A stretch of DNA of 64,000 nucleotides from Lama guanicoe (taxonomy: Eukaryota), in contig MU053881.1 of NCBI GenBank assembly GCA_013239625.1, forward strand, positions 434,001 through 498,000, written 5' to 3'. Below the pieces are notes generated by a model. It saw nothing but the letters and a program-made list of their open reading frames with translations. It searched no databases and was not told the DNA's origin. The translations under genes and the position numbers were made by a program. Position 1 is the first letter of the stretch. Each line of letters begins with the position of its first letter. Below, in pieces: positions 39,281 through 53,026 of the stretch.

Positions 39281-41449
39281 GCCCTGTAGCATCTCACGCA
39301 GTTTGTGACTCAGACACAGGGTTGAAGCACTGAAGGGATATTAAATGAAAGTCTTAACTGACCTAAAAATAGGCCATTTCATAGAAAGGATTATTGGATA
39401 CGCATGTAGGAAATCAAATTTACAGCCTTCAAATAGGATGTACCAGTTTTATGAGATTTTTGACAAAATGAGTAGACATGAAATCAAGTTCTGATGAAGT
39501 GAAGGAATAAAGGGTCAGATCAGCACTAACAGAAGAACAGCATTTGTGTATTTATCATCAGAGCACCTGACAGTAAATTCTGTCTGATGACGTTTGAGGA
39601 AAGCAGGTGTCAGCTGAAGCTCTTTGGCTCCTTAAAGGACAGCAGCTCAGCCCTGGAGTGCTCCACCCTCTCTAACCAGTGACGTTACCTTCGTTTTTAA
39701 ATTTAAATTTTTAACCAATATAATACATGAACATGATTTTTAAAAATAAATAGCACCGCGAAGTCTGGTTCCTTGCCCAGTCTTTTCCTCTTCCTAAGTC
39801 TCGTTTCCCAGCAACAGATCTCTTTCAACACTTTTATCTGTTCCTTCTGTTACTAACGTCATATAACGAAGCAGCATGCTATACTCCTTTGTTTTAATAA
39901 ATTAAAGCTGTTTGTAAAATATATTGCCATTATGACAGACTAAAAGTAAAATGATCATCAGTAGCCCTGAAAGGGTGTTCTTGACATGAAAACCCGTTGG
40001 TAATAGTGGGTTGAACATAGCACAACTCAAGGACCTTGGAAAAAGCGAATGATTTGTCCCAGGAGCCTGCTCTTTGACGGTGGCGCTTTAATTAGCACCC
40101 AGCGTGGGGCCTGTGTTGATGAAGGACTCAGCGCAGTCACCATCTGGCGCAGGCCACCAACGGGAACTGGCTTCCCAGCGTCTGTTTCGTGGCTGGCTGC
40201 GCGCAAACTTCCAAAAGCATCCGTCTTCAGACTCCACTGTAGCGGAAAGTAGTGCTCTGACCTTTGTTCCTCCTTCTGTTTTTTCCTAAGGTTGAGAAGT
40301 GCTTGATGAAATTTTTATGTGGCTTAAAAAGCTTAGCTTATTAAAGTTTAATAAGAAGGTGGCAGCAACTCCACTGGTTGAAACCTCTAGCTATTTTAAA
40401 AGAGAAGTCAGAAGTATTAGCAAAGAAAAAACAAAGTTTAAGGAGAAACATTTTCTCCCACAAACTGTCATTGTGAAGCAGTTCTTTCTACCGAATATGC
40501 TACCGAAGAAAGCCGTTCGTTGCAAATCTTTCCAATAAGCACAGCATAATGTACAAAATTGACACGATTTTACACATGAAATAAGAATCTAATGCTTTGG
40601 CTTTTTAGTTTATCTTCCTGGAAACCTGTTCGATTGTATCTTAAGTGCAGTGTTCAGGTACGGATAGCTCAGATGTGGCTGATGATAAACCTAAACGTCA
40701 CCTTACTAATAAGGCAGTGATGGTTATTTCCACACAAGAGGATAGATGTTTGGTGTGTTTAATTGAAAAGGTGCCTAAGGTTTTTCTGAGAAATGTAAAA
40801 CTTTTTCACAATTACATAGTTAATAATGCACGCTTAATCTCAAAGTAGTCAAGTTTGATTCCCAAACCAGAACAGTAAAATTTATATTTTACTGTAGAGG
40901 AATAAGGCAGTATAAAAAAATTCCATAACCTGGGACTGCTGAGTTTAGAAGGTGGTCTTATGAAAATTCCCTGTGAAAATGTGTATGGTTTCTAAGGTAT
41001 TTAAAACTCATTAAAACTTCTTGCCAAAGTGTATGTACCATATTCTTATACTTTATAAATATCTTAAGGTTACTGAAACGAAATATGCTTTTAAATATTT
41101 TGTTAATTTGTTTATTATGTTTACTAGGGATTAACAATTCCAGAAAAGGAAAACAGATCTTTGAGCTGAGAGTGTATTATTTTTACCACTTTTTAAAAAT
41201 AGTCCAAGTTCTCTGTCTTCTTTTTCATGTCCTGCTATTATGATCAGTTTACATAAATAAATGCCACTTTCTATATACGGTGACTATATGGCCTTCTAAA
41301 CATTATGTCAAGAGCTTAAGGTTTTGTTCTTCTAACACAAACTGTGCTCTTGAGATCAGAGTTGTCTCTGAGACATTCAAGTCTGCATCCTTGGGGTTTA
41401 ACTTAGGGCCTAGCATGTGTCACAGTGACTCAGTTAACACTTAAGTGAA

Positions 41450-41900
41450 CTAAAGAATGAGCTTACATTCTATAGGGAAGGCAGACAAATGTAATCAAAA
41501 TACTGTGTGGTTGTAAGAGCTACTCTTTTTGGACAGAGTGATAATACTAGAGTGATATCACAGAGGAGGTGGTGACATTTGAGCTTAATTCTAGAGGATG
41601 AATAAGACTTCATCAGACAGAGACTGGGAGGAAAGTCAGGCAAAGGGATCCTTTTCCACAGAGCTGTGGACGGATGAAAGGAGAGATGGAAGAGTCGGAT
41701 GGCATCAGAAATAGTAAGAAGGAGACCTGGGACTGAACTGGTCCTGGGTGAGTGTATTGACCCTGAAAGGTGAAGGGCTTGCCTCTCACACTGAACAGTT
41801 TAGACTGTACTTTCTAAGCAGTAAGGAATCATCACAGGGTTTTTAGCAGCAGAGTGATACGAGATTTTTTTTTTCTGATAGAAGAGGCTTGAGGAAAGAA
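41450..41900 (-). mobile_element. L2 fragment
   Basis: gagcttacattctatagggaaggcagaca...cagaggaggtggtgacatttgagct...gggtttttagcagcagagtgata. Confidence 0.5.
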
Positions 41901-43909
41901 ATTCTTAAAGAGGAAACTATTGAAGAGCAAAGGAAAGTAATATTAATAAAGCAAGGTTATGTGGAGAGCCAGAGGGAGGGATTGGAGCACAGACAGATGG
42001 TTACCTTGGAAAAGTGTTGGAGATACGTCTTTTCAGACAATAAGGAAAAAAAGGTAGTAGTGATGAGAGAGTGAATGAAAGAGAGTGCAGACTACAAGAC
42101 AGTTTCGATCAGGGGAAAACTGTATTTACAGCACCTGGATTTCACCAGTGTCTAAAAGAAGAAAACCCTGTTACCTGCTGATACAGACCTAATTCTGTTC
42201 CTATGGGAGAGTTCTGATGACTGAGATGAGCTTCATTAAAGTGACCTGTCCTCAGTAGCTGTGAACCACCTGGCTTTGAGCAGATTATTCCTGTTAGATT
42301 AAGCAGTATGAGTTGTTTTAAATTGTTTTCTACCAATTTAAGACTTTTGGACACTCTGCATCCAAATACAGAATAGTGTTCACACTGATATGTCTTTAAC
42401 CACGTGAAAGAAAGTAATCTGGGCCCTGATGATCAGTGTCCCTTCACATTCTATAATACGCGAAGTCTTTTAAGCATTTATAATGGAAAAAGAACTGGAC
42501 CAGAAGGTCAGGAGACCTGAGGTTCTGGTCCCACTTGTCTAACTTCAGATGGATCACCGCCTCTCTCTCTGGCTTTGGGTTTCCTCCTTTGTAAAACTGT
42601 GCGTCCCTGTGATTTTGTCCCTGTAATGTTGTGTGCGTGGCGAGGTAGAAGCTTGAGTAGCTTTGTTACCTAGCCGTCAGAGGTACGGGGCATGTGAGGC
42701 GGTGGGTAGAGCATTGTGGGAAGTGCTTTGGAAGGCAGGGCGGTGAGCCTCAGGCTTCACTGTCCAGAACAGTCATGTGGGGGCACTCCCCCCCTTCCTC
42801 CTCCTTCACTTTTGAAAACTGCAAATTCCCAAGACACCTCCCAGCTCCAGTCTTTTGAGGAAGTCTGCATAGGGCATATGGACCAGCTCTCAATCTGAGC
42901 AAGTACATAAAATGATTATGAAGATTCCATGAGTCAGTACATGTGCAGGGCTTACCACAGCACCCAGCACACGGTGTGGACTGGGTAAATCTTAGTTCCT
43001 ATAAATATCAGTATTACTCATATTAGTAAGTACCCAAGGTAGATTTAAAGCCCCACAGACTACATCTTTACAGTGATTTAATAGCATGGTAGTCAGATAA
43101 GGGAATCTTAAAATAATGATCTTCACAAAAGGAATCTGTGCTTCATCTTAGATATTTTAGAGTCAGCAGGACGTAAATTGTGTTAAAAACCAAGAGGGGA
43201 GGAAGGGTGACTTTTAGACCGATTCAAGTAAAAGAACAAAGTCATAGCTGAGGTGTACCTGTCACAAAATATGGGAAATGTTGAGGGAGGTATTTAAAGC
43301 TCCAGGGATGATTCAGAAGAAGGTAGTAACACAGAAGCCAAGTTCAAAGAAAAATATTACCATGAAGATATTTGACATTATTATCAAACACAAAGAAGAA
43401 TCTTTTTCACTTTGCCCCAGGAGGCTTTGAAGTTCAGAAGTGGAAGGGATGATACATCCAAATATTTGTGGGAGCTCTCTGACTGCGCACCACCTCACCC
43501 TTCTGCGCTCAGATCAGCTTGCTGAAGCTGAGCGGCTCCCAGCAGCACCTGCTGCCTGCCCGTCTCTGGTCTCACACAATGCCTCTATCACAGCTAGTCA
43601 CCCAGCTAGGAAGCTGGGACAGCCATCCCAGCTCCCCTCTGTTCTCATGCCCCCGTTATCAGTCAGTCATTGGGTTCTGTCAGTTTTACCTCCTAAATCT
43701 TTCTTACTTTGTTCTCTCCACTTGCCTGACTGTTAATTGCCTAATTCAAGCCCTACTTACTTTTCTGAAGCACTAGACTCCACTGGTCTCACTGGTTCCA
43801 GTCTCTCCTGTGTCACATACATCTTCTCTGGAGGTCAGATCTAAATTCTCCAGAATTCAGATCTCATTCTGGAACTCTTCTGTTCAAAATTCTTACATAG
43901 AATCTGATC

Positions 43910-46900
43910 TCTGCAAGATGGAAGCAATGGGTATTTTTTTTAATCTTCCCAAACCTCTTTAAAAAAAGAAAAATACAAAGAGCAGCTAGGAAAAACCCAC
44001 AACAGCATCTTCAGTGATACCAAGCAGGGCACCTCCAAGAGCTCCTGGAACAGGAGTGGTCAGGCCAGACAGGCCAGCAGCAGCAAGGGCTGCATGGTAG
44101 CTCCAAGAAAGGTAGCCGAGGGAAGGCAAGGAGACTCCTAAGAGCCAGAAACCCAGAAATCCGAAGGAGAGGGCTTCCTTCACCCAGAGGGCAAACTCCA
44201 GCAAATAAATCTGAGAACTGGTGAAATAGAGGCACACCGCAGACTCTACTTTGTAAACAAGTCGGGAGAAGACCCTGGAAACCCATTAAGGATTTTCATG
44301 GGACACAGGACGATGGGGCAGACTCAGCCCTTGAGGCAGTCAGTAACATACATGAGCACACATGCGCATACACACACTCAGCCCAAAAGCCAGCCTCTTA
44401 ATAAATATGTAGACATTTCAGCTAAAGTCAGGACAAAACAGAGCTGCCCGTATTCTGTTCTTCTATTCAGTATCATGCTGTAGGTTCTGACCCAAGCAGT
44501 TAGATGACAAAAAGCAACAAGATGTATAAGACTTAGAAAAGTATCTCTATTTTCAGCTGATAAAAATGTCAGTCTGAAAATTCCAAAGGAATCAATGGAA
44601 CAGCTACTACGAACAGGGTATAAAATTAACATACAGAAGTAATCAAAAGGTATAATGGGAGGGAAGGCACCATTTACAACTGAATGGACAGATGGACGGG
44701 CCAATCTAGGTATGAACTTTCAAACTGTAAAACTTGTATGAGAAAAACCCCAAAACACTCCTGAAAGATGTAGGTATATACTTAAACAGCTGGAAAGGAC
44801 ACACCTTCTTCCTATTGAATATAAACATTCAATACATTAAAGACATCAGTTCTCCCTGAATTCTTTCACAAGTTTAACTTAATCCAATAAAATCACCTTC
44901 AGGTATTTTGGGGGGTTAGATAGAGTAGTTACGAAATTCATTTAGAAGAGAGTTAAAAGTCCATGAATAAACAGAACAATAGAACGAGATGCAAAATCCA
45001 AAAATAGACAAAACTTCATATGGAAATTTAACACAAAACATCATCCCAAATTAGTGGGGAAAGGTGAACTTTTTAATCAATGATTGTGGGACAACTGGAA
45101 AAAACTGAAATCAGATCCATTCCTCAGTTGTACACCAGGATAAATTTCAAATGAATCAGAGATCTAGTTATAAACAATAAAACTACGAGTATTAGAAGAA
45201 AACATGGGCTAAATTTTCCTTTTTGATGGAGAATTTGTAAAACTTTGAATTATAGCTCAAAATTCAGTAGAATAACAAAAATAAATGATAAATTTGACTA
45301 TCTTTAAGGGAAAAAATAAAATTTTTAGAATAAGTGACAGGCTAGAAAAAGATATTTACAATTCATATTATAGACAGAGGGCTAATGACACTAATATATA
45401 AAGAAGACCTCACCTCCAAAAAAAGAAGACTGAAAATCTGATAGGAAAAAAAAAATAGGCAAAAAGATAAGTAGTTCACTAAAAAGAAATGCAAATAATT
45501 AACATGTTCAGCTGAACCATAAGTTAAATGTAACTTAAAACCATACTGAGACACCATTTCTAATTTATCAGTTTGGGAAAAAAGAATTTCTTAAGGTTTG
45601 ACAACATACTTGCTTGACAGGGTTGTTGGGAGAACAAGCATTCTCATATGCTGATGGGAGCACAAAATGGTGCAGTTCCTGCGGTGAGGAAGCAGGGATT
45701 TGTGGTTATCCTGCCAAAGGCAATGCGCTTGTCCTTTGTCTCATTAGTAACCTCACCCATGGGAATGTAGCCTGATGGTAAACCCGAAAAAGTGAAAAAT
45801 GATGTGTTTGTTATACAGCTCGTTGTGATACTATTTATAATAACAAAAGACTTAAACCGTTCAAATATCCCTCAAGTCCTGTTTGTTTAAATAAAATAGT
45901 GCTCTACACGTGAAATACTCTAAATGCAACGGAGCAGTGTATAGATGCGAAAGAGAATGGTGTTCTAAAGATCTCTGTATGTGCTGTGGGGTGACCTCTT
46001 GGTGCAGAACAGTTTTAGTATACCAGTTTATTGTAAGAAAGAAGGGGGGCCGTGAAAACCCGTAAATGTGGATATACATATTACATAGCTACATGTATAC
46101 ACATATATGTGCTTTTATTTTCAAAAGGAGACAATATAAGGATAAAGCAAAAACTAACAAAGAATTATTATTTGGAGGAAAGAGAACGGGGTAGAGGAGA
46201 CGAGATGGGAGTGATACCTCCTTGTACTGGTTTTATAGTTTTAACTTTGGAATCATTGATGTGTTTTAGGTAATATTTTTTAAAAAGAAATGAAATCATC
46301 AAAATTGAAAATAAATGGAACCTAAATATATTTCAAGATGGTGGCATAAGCACATGGACAAAGCAGTTGTTTTAGGGGGCCTTTTTTTGGACAGTGTGTA
46401 TCTGTTGGGGTACATTCTGAGGATAAAAAATGTCTAAGCTGCATTTAGTAGCCTTGTTGTTAGTATTGATTGTTATTTTGAAAGTATTATATGTAATTGT
46501 AGGATAAAGCAAGTAAGTAATTGTGTTAATGGTATTAGAAACCAAAATTTTCAGAGTAAGAGAAAAAAATATTAACATTAAAGAAATTAAATAATGACCA
46601 TATAACCTTATTTTGAATTGGAAGTATGAGTATGAACTCCTGGTTTGTTTTTCTTTTTCTAAAAAGTACAGAGCTCCTCTGTCCATAGCAATGACAGCCC
46701 AGTAACAATGAGTACCTCTGTTAATAGAAAAATCCCAGCTTAATAAGTGAATGGCAGAATTGGAAAATTATTTTATATCCTTAATAAGATAATGAATCTC
46801 AGCCCTCACGCCATTCCACCCTCAAACTGCTGAAAGGTTGTTTTTAAGTACCATTTCCCACTTTAAAAAAATAAATAAAAACAGGAATCTTTGGGGAAAA

Positions 46901-47340
46901 GGCTTTTTCCAGGTTTAAGGCAGCAGATGTGTAAGAGGGATTTTGTACCAGAAAGCAAGGAAGCTATTAAAGACGACTGTCAAAGGACCTGAGTGCCATC
47001 TTAAAGGAGCTCCCCATATCCAACGATGAGACCAAGCAATCAGGGAGTGATTACTGCAATTGATTGAAACTAGAGGTTGTCAGTGGACCAGTTTGTTATT
47101 TCGCAAATCACTGTTAAAAATTGATTCATCTGTTTTTCTGTACAGATTATATTGCGTAGCGGCCAGCTAGTGGTTGAGGGAAACTTCTTTATAGAAAAAT
47201 TCCAGCTAATAAGTGAATTACAGAACTAGGAAATCACCGCTTTGTGACCCTCCATGAAGTGATGGGTTTATAGTGGTCAGTCAGGATGCTGCAATCAGGT
47301 GAAGGACTGATGGGCGCTTCGTAATGGATGGATCAAGCTC
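43910..47340 (+). mobile_element. Very old L1 (L1ME/MC-like) fragments
   Basis: Degraded RT segment at 44450-44600 (LLFSIML... then ctattttcagctgata, approximately LFADD); ORF2 C-terminal and 3' UTR motifs downstream. Confidence 0.6.
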
Positions 47341-47759
47341 TTAGGACTGTCAGGACATTCTCTTCCCCGCGACCTCGGCACAGCTGCTGATTCTGGATCT
47401 GTAGAGTAAGGCTGCAGCTGGAGGTTTAATCCCACCTACTTGTAGTCTGGGGTTTGTGAGATACTCTTTGACCTGGTTTTGTTGAAGATGTTTGTGGACT
47501 TTACTTCTACCCTTAAAATTTCTCTGTGCATTTTTAGAAAGAAATTTGTTAAGATTTTGAAATTTACCCTAATAACATCACCTTGTCCCTGTTGAAGCCC
47601 ACTCCATCAGGCTTTTCTTCCTGTCCTTCCACTGAACAGCTCTTGCCAGGGCCGCCATGACCTCCACTTGCCATCTCCAGCAGTCAGGTCTTAGTTCTTT
47701 TTATACTTGGTCTCAAACTTCATGCATCTGTCAGTTCTCTCAGATCTACTTCAGAATGT

Positions 47760-49580
47760 GTGCTATACACTAACACTGAACAATCCAGAAAGGAAATTAA
47801 GGAAACAATTCCATTTACAATAACATCAAAAAGAATGAAGTACTTAAGAATAAACTTAACCAAGGAGTTAAAAGACTTATGCTGAAAACTACAGGATGTT
47901 GCTGAAACAAATTAAAGATGCAAATAAATGGAAAGTCATACTGTGTTCATGGATTGGAAGACTTAATAGTGTTAGGATGTCAATACCACCCAAAGTGATC
48001 TACAGATTCAGTGCAGTCCCTATCAAAATCCTGATGACTTTTTTGCAGAGATTTAAAAAAAAAACTGTCTTAAAAATTGATACAGAATCTCAAGGGACCC
48101 AAATAGCCAAACAACCTTGAAAAAGAAAAACAAATTTGGAGAAAGACAACTTTCTTGGAGTTAAGAAAAACAAACTTCTTTATTTAATAACTTACAACAA
48201 AGCTACAGTAATCAAAACAGTGTGGTGGTGGCATGAAGATGGACAGATAATGGAATGTCATTGAGAGCCCAGAAATAGACCTTCACATATATGTTCAAAT
48301 GATTTTTGACAAGGGTGCCAAGACCATTCAATGAGGAACAGACAGTCTTTTCAACAGCTGGTACTGGGAAAACTGGATATCCACGTGCAAAAGAATGCAG
48401 TTGGATTATTACCTTACACCATGTACAAAAATTAATTTGAAATGGGTCAGAGACCTTAAGAGCTTAAACTATAAAACTATAAAATCATTGGGGAAATGCT
48501 TCATAACATTGGATTTGGCAGTGATTTCTTGGATACGACACTGAAAGTACAAGTAATAAAAAATTTAGATAAATTGGACTATATCAAAATTTAAAACTTC
48601 TGTCCATCAAAGGACACAGAATAGAATGAAAAAGCAACCTACAGAATGGGAGAAAATATTTCCAAATCATGTATCTGACAAGGGGTTAATATCCAGAATA
48701 TATAAAGAACACCTACAACTCAACAACGACAACAAAAACCCTGATTGTTTTAAATGGGCAAAGGACTTAAAAACACATTTCTCAAAAAGAGATCTTACAA
48801 ATTGCCAATAAGCACATGAAAAGATGCTCAACGTCACTCATTATTAGGGAACTGCCAATCAAAACCACAGTGAGATACCGCTTCACAGCCATTAGAGCTA
48901 AAGTCAAAAAAAAAAAGCAAACAATAAACATTTGTGGATGAGGAGAAATTGGAGCCCTTATGCATTGCCTACAGGAATGTAAAGTGATGCAGCCACTGTG
49001 GAAGATGGTATAGCAATCCTCAAAGTGTTAAACACAGAAACACCGTGTGAGCCAGCAGTTTCCCTCTGGGTATATACCCAGAAGAACTGAAAGCAGAATC
49101 TCAATGAGATTAGTTCATACGTATGTTCAATAGCAACTGTGTTCATAGTAGCCACAGGTGGAAGCAATTTGGGTATCCGTCAGTGGGTGAGTGTATAAAG
49201 AAAATGCTTTATATATATAAATATACAATGGAATATTATTCAGCTTAAAAAGGAAGACAATTCTGACACATGCTCCAATGTGGATGAAGCTGGAGGACGT
49301 TATGCCAAGTGAAACAAACTAGTCACGAAAAGACCAATACGGTGTGATTCCTGACTTACGTAAGGTACCTCAAGCATCAGACTCAGAGAGGGAACGTAGA
49401 ATGTTGGCTGCCAGGGCCTGACGGCTAGGAGGAGGGAGTGCTGTTCAGTGGATGTAGAGTTCCAGTTTTGGAGATTTGACGCATAAATATGTGAATGTAC
49501 TTAACACTACTGAAGTGGACACTTAGAGGTGGTTAAGATGGTAGATTTTGTGTTATGTGTTTTTACCACGGTTAAAAACT
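47760..49580 (+). mobile_element. L1 ORF2 3' half and 3' UTR (L1MB-like)
   Basis: ORFs [36 protein letters not shown] and [33 protein letters not shown]; ends ggttaagatggtagattttgtgttatgtgtttttaccac. Confidence 0.9.
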
Positions 49581-49589
49581 TTTTAAATT

Positions 49590-51709
49590 TGTAAGATCTT
49601 TGTCTACATGAAGAAATATGATGACAGTGTATGGTGGGGTTATAAGTACGTGTAAGTAAAATAGCACAAAGGCTGAGAGGGAAGAAATGAACGAATGCTA
49701 CTGGAAGGCTCTTATGCTGTATGTAAAGTGCTATATCACCTGAAATCAGACTGTGGTGAGTTAAAGTTGTATACTTAAACCCCAGAGTAACCACAAAAAT
49801 AACACGACAAAGAGTTGTAGCTAAAGCCAACAAAAGAGATAAATGGAATTTTTTTTTAAATACTCAACCCTAAGGAAAACAGAAAAAGCAGGAAATGGGA
49901 ATAAAGAACAGGTGGGACAGACAAATACCAAAATGATGAACATAAACGTAGTCATATCAATAACCACGGTGAAGTGTACGGTCCAAACACCAATTAAAAG
50001 AGATTCACAGAGTGGGTAAAAAGCAAGACCCAGCCATACACTGCCTGCACGAAACCTACTTTAAATATAAAAATACAGATGGATTAAAAGAATGAAGAAA
50101 GCTATAACATACCAACACAAATCAAAACAAAGCCAGAGTGGCTGATTCACATCAGGAGATTTCAGGGCAGACTGATTGCCAGGGATGAAAGTTACTTAAT
50201 AATAAATGGGCAATTCAAGAGGACATTACACTTAAACCTTTATGAACCTCATAACAAAACTTCAAAATATATGAAGCGAAAACTGATAGACCTGTAGTGA
50301 GAAATAGACAAGCCTGCAATTATGGTCAGATTTCATTACTCCTCTCTCAATAATTGAAAGAGTAAGTAGACAGGAAATCATTGAGTATGTAAAACACATA
50401 GTCAACTAAGTTGACTTCATTGATGTTTATAGAACACTCCATCCAACAAAAGCAGAATATACATCCTTTTGAGGTGCTCTCTGGGACATAAAACAAGTCT
50501 CAATAAACTTTAAAAAGATACCAAGTCATGGGGAGAGGGTATAGCTCAGTTGGTAGAATGCTGGCTTAGCATGTGCAAGATCCTGGGTTCAATCCCCAGT
50601 ACCTCCTCTTTAAAAAAAGAAAAAAAGATTTGAGTCATACAGAGTATGTTCTCTGATCTCATGGAATTAAGTTAGAAATCAATAACAGAAAAATCTCTGG
50701 AAAACCTCCAGATATTTAAAACTAACTTGTAAATAACCCATGAAATAAAGAAGAAATCAAAAGGGAAATTAGAAGGTCATTTGAACTTAAAGAAAATGAA
50801 AACACAGTGTATCAAAATTTTAAAGATGCCACTAAAGCAGTTTCTATATTAGAGAAGAAGGTCTGACATTAATACTCAGCATATACCTCAAGAAATTGGG
50901 GGGAGAAGATCAAATTAAACCAAAAGTAAGCGGAAGAAAGGTAATAAGAAATGTCAGAGCAGCAGTTGGTAAGCTAGAAAACAGGAAAACAGTAGAGAAA
51001 ATCAGTCACACAAAGAAAATAAATTGATAAGCCTCTGGCCAAACTGATCAAGAGAAGAAGGGAAGGCACAAATTAGCAACATCCAAAATAAGAAATGACG
51101 TCACTACAGAACACAGGGGTAATGAGAAAACCTTGTGAACAACTTTATGCCCATAAATTTGACAAATTCTATGAAATGAATGAATTCCACGAAAGTCACT
51201 AATGACCTCATTCAAGATAAACAGATAAATTTAAGGAAGCTTAATTTGTAGTTTTAGACTTCCCCAAAAAGAAAACTTCACGTACAGGTGGTTTCTGGTG
51301 AGTTCTAAGAAAAATTTAAGGGAGAAATAATAATTCTGTACAAACTCCAGAAAATTTAAAAAAGCAGAAGTAATTTGCATTTCATTCTGTAAAGCCAGCA
51401 TCATCCTGATACCAAAACCAGACAAAAACATTACAAAACAGAAAGCTACAGGCCAGAGTAACTTCTGAAAATAGATTCAAAAATTCTAAACAGATTTTTA
51501 ACAAATCATATCCAACAATATATAATAAGAATAAGTCATCATGACCAGGTGGCATTTATCCCAAGAATGCGGGTTGATTTAACATTCAGAAATTAATCAA
51601 TGTAACTTACCATATTAACAAATAAAGAAAACCATATGATGTCAGCAGATACAGGAAAAAAACAGTTACCAAAATCCAGCATCTATTCCTGATTAAAAAC
51701 TCTTAGCAG
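49590..51709 (+). mobile_element. Old L1, endonuclease to early RT region of ORF2
   Basis: EN-like gtgggtaaaagcaagacccagccatacactgcctgcacgaaacc; gccagcatcatcctgataccaaaaccagacaaa; ends at atccagcatctattcctgattaaaaactcttagca (approximately IQHPFMIKTLS). Confidence 0.85.
50530..50621 (+). mobile_element. tRNA-Ala-derived SINE, short form, inserted in L1
   Basis: gggtatagctcagttggtagaatgctggcttagcatgtgcaagatcctgggttcaatccccagtacctcc plus A tail; degenerate TSD aaaaagataccaagtcat / aaaaagatttgagtcat. Confidence 0.85.
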
Positions 51710-52657
51710 GGTGTCCCGGACAGTGCAGGGTCTTGGAGGGGGAGTAGGGGGCAGCTGGCCAAGCATGGGCTGACCTACAGCATCCCCAGTCTCTCCAGGA
51801 CTGCCTGAGTGGACAGGCCCCCAGACGGCTGGCTCAGCGTGTGGGACTCACCTTTCTGAGGCCCTCTTTGGGCCCGGAGCCAGAGGAAGACCTGGCTGGG
51901 GGAATGATAGGTTTCTCCTGGCTGAGTCCCTCTACGTCTAGAAGCCAAGGGCCCAGGACAGAGCCAGACCCTGTGAGCTGAACCAAGAGAAGTATTAGGC
52001 TGATGACAACGTGAAGATCGTCTGCCTAGGGAGAGCACCATGGGCAAGTCCAGATTCACGGCGAGATTTCTCATAGATGGATTTCAGCAACATCAGCTGT
52101 CCACGTACACCCTGACCCTGTGTAATCACACAGCCATGGTGGACGGTAAGACCATCCTTGTGGACTTTGAGGACACAGCAGGCCAGGAGTGGTTCCAGAG
52201 CACACACACCTCCTACCACAGGGCCCTCGCTTGTATCATGGTGTTTGATGTGCAGAGGAAAGTCACCTACGGGAATCTGACCACCTTGAGAAGTGGAGCT
52301 TTGGAAGTTCGTGCTGGAGATCCCATGCATCAGGTGGCGAGTAAAATTGATGGTGACCCAAAAAAGCTTCAGTTTTGCCTGGAAGTTCTCCCTGCCCCTG
52401 TTCTTGGCCTCAGCTACTGATAGTACCATCACAAAGCTTTTCAACGATGCACTGCGGTTACCTGTGTCTTAAAAAAGAACACCCTGTACACTTCATGGAC
52501 GAGGTTTTGCAGGAGTTTCAGAACTTTAATTGGAAACAGGAGGAGTAGGATACACCCGACTGAGAAGCAGTGGGGCAGCAGTGAGAGCCCACTCCCTCCC
52601 CAGTCAGAGAGGGGATCTTCCCGCCAGCTTGTTGGGGGTGGGGGCTTTCCCTTCAGC
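51710..52657 (+). pseudogene. RABL2: RABL2 processed pseudogene (intronless; 5' UTR-like leader, full-length disabled CDS about 51948-52610, short 3' UTR)
   Basis: Conceptual translation AQDRARPCELNQEKY*ADDNVKIVCLG / GKSRFTARFLIDGFQQHQLSTYTLTL...KTILVDFEDTAGQEWFQS...ACIMVFDVQRKVTY / EIPCI / VTQKSFSFAWKFSLPL...KLFNDALRL / FMDEVLQEFQNF matches RABL2A/B. Start codon is AGG (51948), TAG at 51996, several frameshifts, no introns. Confidence 0.92.
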
Positions 52658-53026
52658 AACTCAGTGGAGAAAAGACAGCCTTTTCAACAAATGGTGCTGG
52701 AACAGGTATATATCATATGGAAAAAAAAAAAAAAGAACTTGTGTGTCCATACCTTGCACTATATACAGAATTAACACAAAATGGCTCAGTGGCCTATATA
52801 TAAAGCAATAAAACTTCTAGAAGAGAAATGGTGAGGGGGAAGTTTGTAACCTTGGGATAAGGCAAAGATTGCTTAGATGTGACACCAGAGCACAGTCCAC
52901 AAATGAAGAATTCATAAACTGACTTCGTTAAAGTTAAAAACTTCTGCCAGAGTGAGAAGATATATGCGAAGGGAGTTATGTCTAGAGTGTATAAAGTACT
53001 CTCAAGCCAGTAACACAATTCAGTAG

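Noticed and set aside
50530..50607. tRNA-Ala(AGC) gene
   Set aside because: Anticodon stem is mismatched, and it has a 5' purine extension, an A tail, a TSD and three related dispersed copies, so it is a SINE.
52040..52420. Functional nested small GTPase gene
   Set aside because: Original start lost, in-frame stops and frameshifts, incomplete P-loop and no in-frame G4 motif; annotated as a pseudogene.
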